This document shows, in pieces, positions 25,831-36,944 of a DNA stretch of 64,000 nucleotides. A model generated the notes under the pieces. That model had not been told where the DNA came from. It saw only the letters and a program-made list of their open reading frames with translations, and searched no databases. The translations under genes were made by a program, and so were the position numbers. Within the stretch, counting starts at the first letter, position 1. Each line of letters begins with the position of its first letter. This DNA comes from Octopus bimaculoides. Lineage: Eukaryota. Location: positions 33,491,237 to 33,555,236 of the forward strand of contig NC_068981.1 in assembly GCF_001194135.2 (NCBI RefSeq), read 5' to 3'.

Positions 25831-26419
25831 GCAACTGGCAGTGTATTTACAAAAGTAAAAAGCCTAGCAAGAACTGCAAAAGATGCATTAAATAGGGGAA
25901 TGTTTTCAAACAAATTTCAAAGAAATACATGAAAAGACTACTGTCATATAAAAGACACATTTAGAAATCTGATGTTCTGTAAAATACCGACAGCAAAATG
26001 GTGTCACAGCACATGCAGTTTACTTCCTCAGAAGGCAATATTCAGAAGCAGGACAAATTGAAATAGAACTGCAATGACAAAAATATTTCCTTTCTTCAAA
26101 ATACTTCATCCATCTGTGCACATTGCTTTTGTAAAGGGTGACATCTCAGTAATCAACCTGGAGCCTTCCCTGAATGTCAGACAGCCTGCTTCCCTTATAT
26201 GTAAGGAACCCTATGATAGCACATTGCTTGTATTTGAAATTCATTATTTGCCTGCAATGAAAGAGAACAAGGGGAGTTATTATAGAGGAGAGTTACCCAA
26301 CATGCACAATTTGAACAAGCTATGTCCATGAATAAATAAGTTATGCCCTCTTTTGCATTGCTTTCAGGACAACCCTATGTGTGTGTGAATGCGTATGTAT
26401 ATATACTCATGCAAACATA

Positions 26420-26437
26420 GAGAAAGAAAGGGTGAGA

Positions 26438-26489
<52 letters not shown>

Positions 26490-26500
26490 AAGAAAGAGAG
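26420..26500. repeat. (GA)n microsatellite
   Basis: Directly visible run of AG repeats. Confidence 0.95.
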
Positions 26501-27990
26501 CAGACACACATTTGTTTCTCAAAAGGTGGAATAGACAGGCTGATGATGAAAATTTGAACATTTGCATATTGTTGCAACAAATAATTACTCAACCATGAAT
26601 TAAGAGCAGAACCTGTTGTCAGAAAAAAATGTATGTGTGTGTGTGTGTGTGCATTTACAATATATGTGCATTAGAAAATTTCCTTTTTATTATTGTAGTA
26701 GGTTAGGTACATATGTGTGCTGCCTAATAAACAGCTATTGCTGTAATTATCTATATAAATAGTATTCTTTTAGCTTATTTGACTATTTAAGTGCTTCATG
26801 TAATTCAGTCATTTGCATTCTGAAGATCAATGTGTTTTATATTGATCTTATATACAATCAAGCCCTCTTTTCCCAGAGGAGGATTCTAATTTATTATTGC
26901 TATTCATGTTAGTAGCTTCTGTGGAATTTGAACTCTAAGTCTTCCTGATATTCAGTTTATTGATCTTAGAGGGATAAAATACAAAATTCCATCCTCTAAG
27001 GGTTTGAACTTAAACACAATAATTCATTGCTTTTAGTCTAGTGCTCCACTGGATCAGCTGTCTCCATCATACTAAAAGATGGTATGAATCAGCCGAGCTC
27101 TGCCTGCTAGAAATAGCAACCCAAATGCTTTTAAATCAGATCCCAATGCTGGATGTTCAAGAAACAAATGAAGGGCAGATTTTCAATCCTAGGGTCATCC
27201 TGATTCCAAAAAGGTATAATATGTCTATGTAGAGCAAATGTAGACCAAGATGCAGGGGTCCCAGACAGACAGAATTTCATGTTTACTATTATAGAAGGAG
27301 CAAGAAGTGTAACAAAGTGTATCAACTATACAATGGAACAGGCTCTCCTCATATGGTTACTGCTCACAGAACCATTGTTTTTAAGAAGTGGAAGAAAAAA
27401 GGATTCCGAAAAGCTGGTGGAAATTCTTCAGGCAAGAAAATGGCAGGATAGAATGAGGTCTGTGTAATGCAAGAAGACATTCTTTGTTGGTTTAGGTATC
27501 AATCATGCATGAATTGCATTGCTAGGTCACCATCAAATTTTGGAGGGTAAATGAGTTTCTTCAGGGTTTTTTTTTTTATCTGGACAGCTGTAGCACAGCT
27601 AAGAATGAGGTACTTGGAAGACTTGGGGATTTTGAATTTTTGTTGTGTGAAGGATGTGGAGGGACAGCTTAAAAGAATAATTTCAGTTGGCCAGCAGCTG
27701 TTTCTAATGAGTCAGGAATGAAGCAAACAGAGCATGTGCGCTTCCAAGAATAATTGACATAAAGAATATATACATATGCATACATACCCCTCACACACAC
27801 ATATATGTGTGTGTGTGTGTATATATATATATATGTAAAATTTCCAATGGCTGAGTATTAGCATCATGCTTTGAAACACGGATTACTAAGGAATTTGAAT
27901 CAAACTGTTTTGATCCACACATGTAACTCTCAATAAATGTGTTGAGTGCCCTTCTTTTATTTGTCCACTCACTTGTATATACACACACTA

Positions 27991-28900
27991 CTATATGCTG
28001 ATGATCTTGTACTTATAGTGGAGTCTATAACAGAATTGGAAAAGAAATTCCTGGCATGGAAGCAAAACCTGGAATCGAAGGACCTTAAAGTTAATTAGCA
28101 AAGACCAAAGTTCCAGTGAGAAATAAATAAACATGACTCTACAGTCAATGCAGGTGAATATCCCTGGAAAGCTATAAGCAGAAATTCCTAATATGGTGTA
28201 CCCAGTGCAAGCTATAGATGCACAAGAGGTGCAGTGGAATCACAGGAAGGTTAATGGAGAAAGTAGTGTTTGAGCATGGAAGATGCACAGGAGCCATAGA
28301 GACAACAAATGCATGAGAAATTGATTTTCTCAAATGTCCTGGAGGCTCTCTAGAGGTAATAAGTAATTTCTATTACCTAGGTAACCTAATTAGCAGTGGA
28401 AGAGAATGTTCCAAAAGTATAGTTGCTAGAATAAGAATTGGATGATGAAGAAAATTTTGTTGCTTCTGTTTGCAACACAAGGTCTCTCTCTCTCTTCAAG
28501 TGAAACGAAGATTATATATGCTTATGTATGAACAGCAATGCTACATAGTCATGAGACACAGGGCCTTAAATGCAGAGGACATGCAGAAGAAGAATGAAGT
28601 TAGTATGCTGTGTTGGATGTGCAATGTCAGTGTGTATATATGACAAAGTGTTAGTGCACTGAGAGAAAAGTAAAGCATAAGAGGAATTAGATGTAGCATG
28701 CAAGAAAGAAGATTGTGTTGGTTTGGTCATGTGATGCATATGGATGAGGAGAGTTGCGTAAAGAAGTGCCAATCGCTTAAAGTGGATGGAACTTGGGATG
28801 AAGTATTGAAGGCTGACCTCAAAATGCTGAGCTTTACGGAGGCAAAGGACTGAGATAATTGAAGTTTTGCTGTGCTCAAGAAGACCCATCTACTAAAGCA
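27991..28900 (+). mobile_element. RTE-clade LINE ORF remnant (3' part of the reverse transcriptase)
   Basis: LYADDLVLIVESITELEKKFLAWKQNLESKDLKVN, then a Cys-rich segment, an F.YLG-like motif and RLCWFGHVMHM. Many stops and frameshifts. Confidence 0.85.
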
Positions 28901-30366
28901 GAAATGATATCCTAAAAACTACCTTGGTAATGCTTGAATGTGCAGAGCTCTGCACCACCTCCAATTTCTCTCTCTCTCATCAAGCATTTACCTCATGTCT
29001 CATTTATCCCAACATCCATCACGTCTTTATCTATGGTACTACTTGGTTGTTGCAAACACCCAAGAGTAGAATAGGCAAATTTCCATTTCTTTTCCTTCTC
29101 TACCCATAATTTCCACCAATTATCTCCTTCCTATGCCTTCAGTCAATGATCTCTCTCCTCTGCTATACTCCATCTTTAACACCCCTCTTATTTGCTATCT
29201 CTCTCAAGGTCCTCACATATCTATCATAGCCCCGTTGAGTCACTGCTGTATCTCTCACCATCACTTTATTCCATCCCCATTCTCCCCTCACACCCTTATA
29301 AAACTTTCCCTTTTATCTTTCAGTGCTCATTAACCCAGTCCAATCCTCTGAACCACTTCACTTATATTCACGAGGAAACAAGCTTGCTCCCACTTCAAGC
29401 TCAGACCAAGCACATTCAAACACCCAAGGTTAAGTGTAGCCATTAAAAACAAGGAAAAAAAGCAAGGGTTCTACTTACCCTTAACACGTGAGGCAGCCCT
29501 TTCCTCCTCCTTCTTCTTCAAATAACCTGGAAGGTCCAGGATAATCCTGATGGTCTTTGGATGCCTGTACTTCAGTTACCTGTATAGGGTTTCCCCTATC
29601 CATCTATGTTATCTAATATATTTTTTATTTAGAAGGGTAAAATGAGATTTGAGGGAGATCTGGTTGCTACTTCTATCAGGACAAGCAATTAAATACAGAG
29701 CACTTTCCTCCTTCTGATATGTCTGCTAATATTATTATTTATATGCTTGTGCATTCAGACATTCATATAATGGTAATTTTCAACTATTTTAAAACCCGGT
29801 CATCTTCATGAAAAAAACATTTGTAATTTAAGTATCTGCAAAATTAAAGGAGAAATACCTGTTTATTTCAAACTGATCTGTTGAGGAATTAGTTGATATT
29901 TTAGCCTTTCAATAGTTCAACTACGCTTGGAAAGTGAGAATCCTACAAGTGTATCTATGTGAAACGATTTGCCTATCAAAATATTACGATCATAAAACTA
30001 TGAGTCTCCTCTAAGATTAATCTAACCCCCACTTGGTTAGGCGTTTTTATCAGTAGATAGGGATTAGAAGGGGAGACACTTGCAGTTAATAACCAAAATT
30101 TAGAGAGGAACTGATAAATGTTAGTGCCAAGAATATGACATTAAAAAAAAGACCCAGTCTTCAACGATGCCATACTAATAATAATTATTATTCCTTCCGT
30201 AAATTGACAGTCTGCTTAATCAGAGTCGACTGGGCTACACAACAATAACGACAATGATAAATGTAATCGTTTGAACTTTCGTGATCATCAGTGTCTATCT
30301 GTGAATGATCAACCTTACTTTTCTTAGGATTGAAAAGGGTAAAGGAGTTAAAACAATCATATATTC

Positions 30367-30589
30367 GGTACTACTAAAGCAGCGCGGATCCGAACGCGCA
30401 GTCGCGCGTCCGCGCTAGCTAGTCTTGAGTGGTCGATCCTAACCCTAACCCTATCCCTAATCCTAACCCTAACTCGCGTGTGCAAATGAATGTGTTTAGG
30501 GTTAGGGTTAGGGTTAGGATCGACCACTCACGACTAGCTAGCGCGGACGCGCGACTGCGCGTTCGGGTCCGCGCTGCTTTAGTAGTACC
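30367..30589. mobile_element. GC-rich fold-back element with internal telomeric repeats; probable MITE with Merlin-like ends
   Basis: 87-bp inverted arms with 2 mismatches, GGTAC...GTACC termini, inner (CCTAAC)x6 and (TTAGGG)x3-4, and 9-bp flanks matching at 7/9. Confidence 0.7.
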
Positions 30590-31666
30590 CATGTCTTCTT
30601 TACTTAAGACATAGCGAAATGAGTGAAAACTCTTGCAGCAATCAGTATCTTATGGAGATCATTTCTTTAAAAAATTGGTATTGATAAAAGAAATGGAGCA
30701 ATAATGAGCAACATGGAACATGTAACCACAAAACTGGTTGCAAGCCCGCGAAGCCACGCATGAAGATACTTACAACATTAAAACTGAAACTGAGAAAATA
30801 TAGTGGGAAAATCTTTCTCTGTCAGCCAGAATACTCATTTATGTTATGTAATTATGATTATTACCTCACATGCTTTTCTTCCATGTTTTCAAGCTATTTC
30901 TTATTTGCTGGGTCTCATATGCATTTAGGGGTCGTTTAGGTAAGTGTTTCTCGTAAGGGAGAGTCAGGACAATGGGGCTTGTGAGGACTGAAGAGGGAGC
31001 AATTAAACTTTTCAAATTTGCCAGGCATCACAGCAAAGAAAGAAGAATTATAAGAATGTAAATTTTTTTGTCTTCTCATTAATAAAGAGGGAGGTGGGTA
31101 AAAAAATTTCATCAGTGTTTTGAACGGGACCTTACTGGTTTAGGCATCACTTGTCTTTATATAGTGCACCCAAAGCAAGAAAGTCTCCCTTTCCCACCAC
31201 TTCTACAAGATTTCACAAGAATGCCCACAAAACATTTGTCAGCTATGCAATATTCTTGCTGTATACAACAGAGAACCCTAAATCTACGTAGTGCCTATAT
31301 GCAACTGTGTGGACCGGGCCCTGTTATAAACTCATTTGCATACAGCCAATCGGAGTTCATGAGCATAAAGTTACTTCGGAGAAATATACATCGAAACCTA
31401 ACTATCGCAAGTCTAATAACTTATCGACATGACCAACTGCAAAAGAGCAATTCAAAATAAAGATTCTAAAATAAATAAATCTTCAAAAGTTACTATAAAT
31501 TATGAACACAGGTGTCAATCAGATTTCAGCTAGAGAGGCTCATCTATCATAAGAACAATCGAGGGCCAACAAGAGAGCCCTTACAAGGTAGTTCGAGTTA
31601 AATGAAATAGCAACCAAATCCCCCTCAAATCAAATCCTATTGCTTTCAAAGTACGAACGATACGTT

Positions 31667-31700
<34 letters not shown>

Positions 31701-32260
31701 GCAAATACACAAAAAGACAGGATTGTAACGGCTAGAACGCCTTTAACTATAGGTCTGCTTTGTCAAAGCTGATCTGAGGAGAAACAACAAAGGGAAATTT
31801 TTTATGAGAAGTTCAACCTGTTAGAAATAGCAACCAAACTTGCTCCCAATCACACCTTATTATCTTCAAAAAAGAACATTTTGAATTATCTCGTCTTAAA
31901 AACACTATGTCTGGATAAAGATGGCATAATCGCTGCTTAAATATCTTTGATTATCGTCTATTTAATTAGGCCTAAACAACAAAAGTTTTGCAATTCGTGA
32001 ATAGATTCTCCCTCTAACAGATTTATTGTAAAAGACACTTCGTAGATCTCTTCTCGAAGACAAATCTCATTATGACATTCGAATATGTATAAATTTGCAT
32101 AATTCATGAATACCCAATAGTCTGCTCGATCGTACTGCTTTCTGATTTGTTATTTCGGTAATCAACCAGTGAAAGGGGATTAGAAATATATTTATATACT
32201 GACCAAAACTATATATACGAGCATCTTGAGGAATTTATCTTGAATGCAACAGGACAGAAA

Positions 32261-32265
32261 ATGCC
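32261..32265 (+). CDS. TEX14: TEX14-like pseudokinase, putative first coding segment (ATG CC)
   Basis: aaaATGCC|GTAAGT is a consensus donor, and its phase 2 matches the exon at 32591 (ATG CC|G TTC = M-P-F). The frame is open upstream to 32162, so the true start could lie further 5'. Confidence 0.55.
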
Positions 32266-32590
32266 GTAAGTATAGTCTATATTTTATCTTTGCCTTATAT
32301 ATATATAAATATTCTGAACAGGGCACATTCTAAACAATAATAGCCATTTTTTTTATTTTTTTAACACTGAATGAACTGTAATCAGTAGGAAAAGTACATA
32401 AATTTGTTTCTGCAGTTTTTATTACTTGTAAATACTTGATGCAAAGAACCATGTCACTCACTTAAGTAAAACCCATTCACTTGAAATATTTTTTTAACCT
32501 GCTGAAAAAGCTAAATTCACTCCTTAGAAGAATATCGTCTTAAAGTTTGTAAAGTATTTTTCATTCGTTTTCGGAATGTTTTCTTTTCAG

Positions 32591-32756
32591 GTTCAATAAT
32601 AAAAAGTTTCAAAGACAAGTGTCGGAAATTTTCATTCACATATCAGGGAAGGGACACCAGCAACTTAACACTGAAAAGTCGAGCTTAACTTCATGTTCTT
32701 CAGAAATTAAAGAAACAAAAATATTTGGACACTACACAAAGAATAAAATCAAGCGG
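32591..32756 (+). CDS. TEX14: TEX14-like pseudokinase, exon 2
   Basis: ttcttttcag| acceptor and CGG|gtaaac donor. 1+165 nt open frame (FNNKKFQRQVSEIFIHISGKG...HYTKNKIKR). Phase 0 join to 33951. Confidence 0.7.
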
Positions 32757-33950
32757 GTAAACGAAAGTTTATAATTCAAATATTTCATCAAAATGTTTCT
32801 TTTGTATTTCTAATAAATTAGGGATTAAGTTATTCAATACTTCCTTCGGTATTTTTTTTTTTTTCTAAACGTTATTCGAATGAAGTTACGCTGCTATTTC
32901 TAATAATTCTAGTAATCATGTGGAGGCTTTTTTTTCAATTTTTTTTATTTAAGACGTATGAAACCTGGAAGTCTATCATAGTAGTTTTGGGTCCTCTTTA
33001 ACTTACAGAGCTCAGTTGTATAGTCTTCAAATGATGCAACTAAATTTCGCATACCGGCCTATCAAAAGATAACTTGAGGCCTGCTCACCCGATCGATATT
33101 AGGTCTTGAGATTTTCATTTCCCTTCATCACATCTCGGTTAGTTCTTACCTAGTGATCTAATATATTGTTAGCTAAACTAGCGAATGATGACTCACCATC
33201 TGATAAGCTTTGTTTGAAATTGGTTTTATATAGCGTTAATAGAGAATGCCTCAACTTTTGTAACCAGAAGCATCTTGTGTTATCGCAAAAAGTATCTAGT
33301 CTAGGATATATTACTTATGCTAATGCCTCACTGATAAGGTCTAACAAGACCAAAACTTCCACTTATCGAACTGCTAAATGTCAAACTTACTCAATTCCTT
33401 ATTAATTTTAATTGAAATTTCGTGACTATCCTACAGCTTTCTTTTGTCGGTTATTTCTCGTAAGGAATGCAAATTTAATTAGCTTCTTATATTGAGTACG
33501 TTAGAACCTACTTAAAGTTCAGGAAATGAATAGTGCAGGGTGTTTGTTAAATTGACTGCAGTATGATACTAGCACTTCAATTCTCAATTTTGGGCTTATT
33601 TGTAACATTCGTACATCAAATGTGGTACAGTAAAACCTGCAGTTAATCTTGTCAACGTTTCTATCTGAACGGGCGCAAATTAACTGATTACTTTGACGAT
33701 TAAAAACCAAGAATAATTTTGGGAGGTTATTCACCAAAGTTTACGCAAGTACTATATTAATACTTATTGACCCCGAAAGGTGCGAAAGGCAAAGTTAATT
33801 TAGGCGGGATTTGATCTCTGAACGAAAAGCGCCGCAGCTAGATAGATGCAGTACAATTAGACACTAACATTCTTGCTAACATTTCCCTCGTGAAATATTG
33901 GTAACAAAACTCTCATGCGACGTATCTTGCTTTTTATTTTATTTTTTTAG

Positions 33951-34274
33951 CCACGATGTCTTCTACGTCTATCGTTAGTTCCATTTAAACAAATGACCAA
34001 AGAAAATATCGAGATACGACAACTTGTTCAACGAGGATTCGTCCTAATCATGTCCATCTGTCAATTGAAATATGCTGATACATTCCAAACTGAGAGTTGG
34101 TATTTTCTGAATGGAAGTGTTCTATATTGCTCATTGTATATTTGTCTCCATAAAATTGATGCTATATTTCCAGAAACGGACGTTTTCATATTTTTGCGTC
34201 GGATTTATTATGCACTTGAATATATCCATCAAAATGGTTTTATACACGGAAATATAACATCACATGCTATTCAG
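33951..34274 (+). CDS. TEX14: TEX14-like pseudokinase, exon 3 (kinase N-lobe to degenerate catalytic loop)
   Basis: tttttttag| acceptor and CAG|gtgaga donor. PRCLLRLSL...GFVLIMSICQ...LRRIYYALEYIHQNGFIHGNITSHAIQ resembles recalled TEX14 PHCSRLRL...LLQLMAVC...[21 protein letters not shown]. Confidence 0.85.
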
Positions 34275-34730
34275 GTGAGAACTGCAAATATGTTTCATTT
34301 ATAATTGTACTAAATATAGCATTCGGGGAGTTTTATGTACTAAATGTTAAATAAACCCAATCCCAACTCTCAGTTCGTCGACTGACATTTTTTTACTGTT
34401 CTAGTTTCAAACAATCTTTTTGCTCAACAATTTTCCGAATAAAACTTTCGTTTGCAGTTTTCCTTTTCAACACAGTTATGTTTTGCGCATGTATTCAGTT
34501 TGGACAACTCGTCATTCCCCACGAATATAATTCTACTCGAACTTATAGACCTTACTAGATTTCTCGGTTTTACATTTTCTTTTTTATTTCTAATTTTAAA
34601 TATACTTTACTAAGAGAAAAACGCATTGTCCTTCGTTTTTAAGCCGGCGGGATTTTTTTTCTTTCTGCTGATCGACTTGCGTAGAGGATCACTAGTTGGT
34701 TCATATTTTCCTGTATGTGTAGCAGCTAAA

Positions 34731-35097
34731 GTTGTTGTTGGCAGTCCGTCGCTTACGACGTCGAAGGTTCCAGTTGATACAATCAACGGAACAGCCCGCT
34801 CGTGAAATTAACGTGCAAGTGGCTGAGCTCTCCACACACGTGTAGTTCTAGGGGATATGTGACACAGTGTGACAAGGCTGGCCCTTTGAATTACAGGCAC
34901 AACAGAAACAGGAAAAAAGAGCGAGAGAAAGTTGTGGTGAAAGACTACAGCAGGGTTCGCCACCATCCCCAGCCGGAGCCTCGTGGAGCTTAAGGTGTTT
35001 TCGCTCAATAAACACTCACAACACCCGGTCTGGGAATCGAAACCACGATCCTATGACCGCGAGTCCGCTGCCCTAACCACCGGGCCATTGCGCATCC
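34731..35097 (-). mobile_element. Second copy of the Ceph-like SINE, in TEX14-like intron 3
   Basis: Reverse complement of 23303-23673 with an (AAC)n tail. Confidence 0.85.
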
Positions 35098-35293
35098 ACT
35101 GCCTTAATATATCCCGTTTATTTTAGGATTTATAATTGAACATTTTGAACAAATCATGATTTGAAAATGTATACAAGTAATAACCACTCGTCATTTGCTT
35201 AGCTTGCCCGTCTTCCTAATTTACAAAATTTCTTTTTACGCAAGTTATACAACTAAATCCTGAATTATTTTGTTTTATCATTTTTGTTCATAG

Positions 35294-36766
35294 ATTATGG
35301 ATACTTACAGTGTGAAGCTAAGTTATTTTGAGTACGTGCACGTTAAGGAAAAGGCAGTCAAGTGGACCACTGGTGATTCGTGGAGGTGGATGTCACCAGA
35401 GACTCTACTAAGAAAGCAGTCAAGTTTAAAATCTGATGTTTTTAGTTTTTGTTGTGTGTGTTTAGAATATTTTAGTAATTGTCTTCCATGGGACAAACGT
35501 TCACAGCTTTTTGTGAAGAAACATTACATCAACGGCAATAGTTTCCCACAAGAAAAGTTTTCTGTCCCAACTGAAATTAAAGAATGCTTTAGCAACGGTC
35601 TGGCAACTAAAAAGCATCAAAGAAAATTCAATATTCATCAGTTAGAAACGGTCATGAAATCGAGAGCGAATCGTACATTTGAAGCTAATATGAACAATGT
35701 TCAAATAAAATTGAACTATCCTAATGTTTTGAAATCGAGATACTCAAACCAAGTCGAATTAACCCGGCAACAATTAAAATTAATGAAGACCCCTTCGAAA
35801 AGCATTCATACTAAGAATTTTGCAATTTTGAATAGGAAGTCATGCGATGGTAATACATCTAACAATAGTAACAAAACTGGTTTTAATCGTATTCAAACCG
35901 ATTCAGTAAAATTTCTAATCAAGTATTTTGAAAATCGTTCAATTCCAAATACTAACTCCACGTATTTTAATTCGAAGAACTTGCGTCGAAGAACCCTTAG
36001 CTCGTGTAACCATTCCGCCACTATGAATTCTCCAGAAAATCTTCAAGTAAGTAAAGCGACTTTAATCATGGAAAGTCCAAGTGATAATGTATATATTAGC
36101 AACAGAACAAACCAGAAAACTCCATCACAAAACTTGACTAGTTTAGAAGAGTTGCAGACACCTAAAAATACTTTACCAGGAATCCTGAATGCCAAAATTA
36201 GTCATTCAGATATCGTAGATCAAGCGATAAGAATCAATAACCTCGTATATTTGCGCCGGCAAAGTTGTGTGTCTCAAAAATTAACTTTTAAGAATTCTTC
36301 TCCAGAAAACTCACTGTTTTCGGAATATTCTGCAACAGACTGTAACTTTGTGACAGCATCAACGGAACATTTTGATATTGAGAGAGGTTTCCTTGGAAAC
36401 CAAATGTCGACTGACTCATCTATTAGACGCAAGAGTTTCCCAATTTATAGTTCTACATCTAAAACGCACTACCCCAGACTAAATCAAGATTATAATCGAA
36501 ATTTGAACTTTAAATTTTCTCATTCATTTGCCAAAATCAGTCCTGAACAAAGGCCAGAAACCAGTAAAATACAGAAAACAGAAACTAACCAAAAGACTTG
36601 TGCAGTCAAAAATTATGTAAAATCACAAGTGAATAGATGGGAGAGCTCTCCTCGTGAACATTCAATTAAATCGCAAGGAATTAATTTGAAATCTAACTTT
36701 AACTATGCGAGAGATAAAGATATTCACTTAAAAATTGACGGGTGGGAAAACAAAACGAAAATCTAA
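35294..36766 (+). CDS. TEX14: TEX14-like pseudokinase, terminal exon (kinase C-lobe plus ~350-aa S/N/K/T-rich tail)
   Basis: ttgttcatag| acceptor in phase 0 with the 489-aa ORF. VKLSYFEY, WMSPE, LKSDVFSF and LPW...VKKHYINGN match recalled TEX14 ARLTNLEY, WAAPE, VKSDIYSF and IPW...VKKAVVSGN. Confidence 0.88.
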   Translation: MMDTYSVKLSYFEYVHVKEKAVKWTTGDSWRWMSPETLLRKQSSLKSDVFSFCCVCLEYFSNCLPWDKRSQLFVKKHYINGNSFPQEKFSVPTEIKECFSNGLATKKHQRKFNIHQLETVMKSRANRTFEANMNNVQIKLNYPNVLKSRYSNQVELTRQQLKLMKTPSKSIHTKNFAILNRKSCDGNTSNNSNKTGFNRIQTDSVKFLIKYFENRSIPNTNSTYFNSKNLRRRTLSSCNHSATMNSPENLQVSKATLIMESPSDNVYISNRTNQKTPSQNLTSLEELQTPKNTLPGILNAKISHSDIVDQAIRINNLVYLRRQSCVSQKLTFKNSSPENSLFSEYSATDCNFVTASTEHFDIERGFLGNQMSTDSSIRRKSFPIYSSTSKTHYPRLNQDYNRNLNFKFSHSFAKISPEQRPETSKIQKTETNQKTCAVKNYVKSQVNRWESSPREHSIKSQGINLKSNFNYARDKDIHLKIDGWENKTKI

Positions 36767-36938
36767 GCAAATGTATTAGTGGTGAATCTTGTAAAATTTG
36801 TAAAATATTTTTTTTATCTTCCGACCCATTGTTTTGTTCAATAACATTTTATTACTATGCGGCACTCGTAAGTTCCTCATTTTGTCAATTTAGCGTCGTT
36901 GTAATAGCACAAAGCTCTTAAGTACAATCTGTTTTAGA

Positions 36939-36944
36939 AATAAA
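36939..36944 (+). terminator. Candidate polyadenylation signal of the TEX14-like gene
   Basis: AATAAA about 170 nt after the stop codon, with AT-rich sequence downstream. Chance occurrence is common in AT-rich DNA. Confidence 0.35.

Noticed and set aside
27200-27750. Possible L1/Tx1-like LINE remnant
   Set aside because: Only vague compositional similarity, with no diagnostic motif recoverable by eye.
30429-30614. ORF with PNPNP and RVRVRV repeats
   Set aside because: It is a translation of the telomeric repeats in the fold-back element.
31164-31460. 98-aa ORF upstream of the TEX14-like gene, containing ATTTGCAT and CCAAT motifs
   Set aside because: GTG start, no recognisable homology and no splice link. 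The promoter motifs alone are too common to call.
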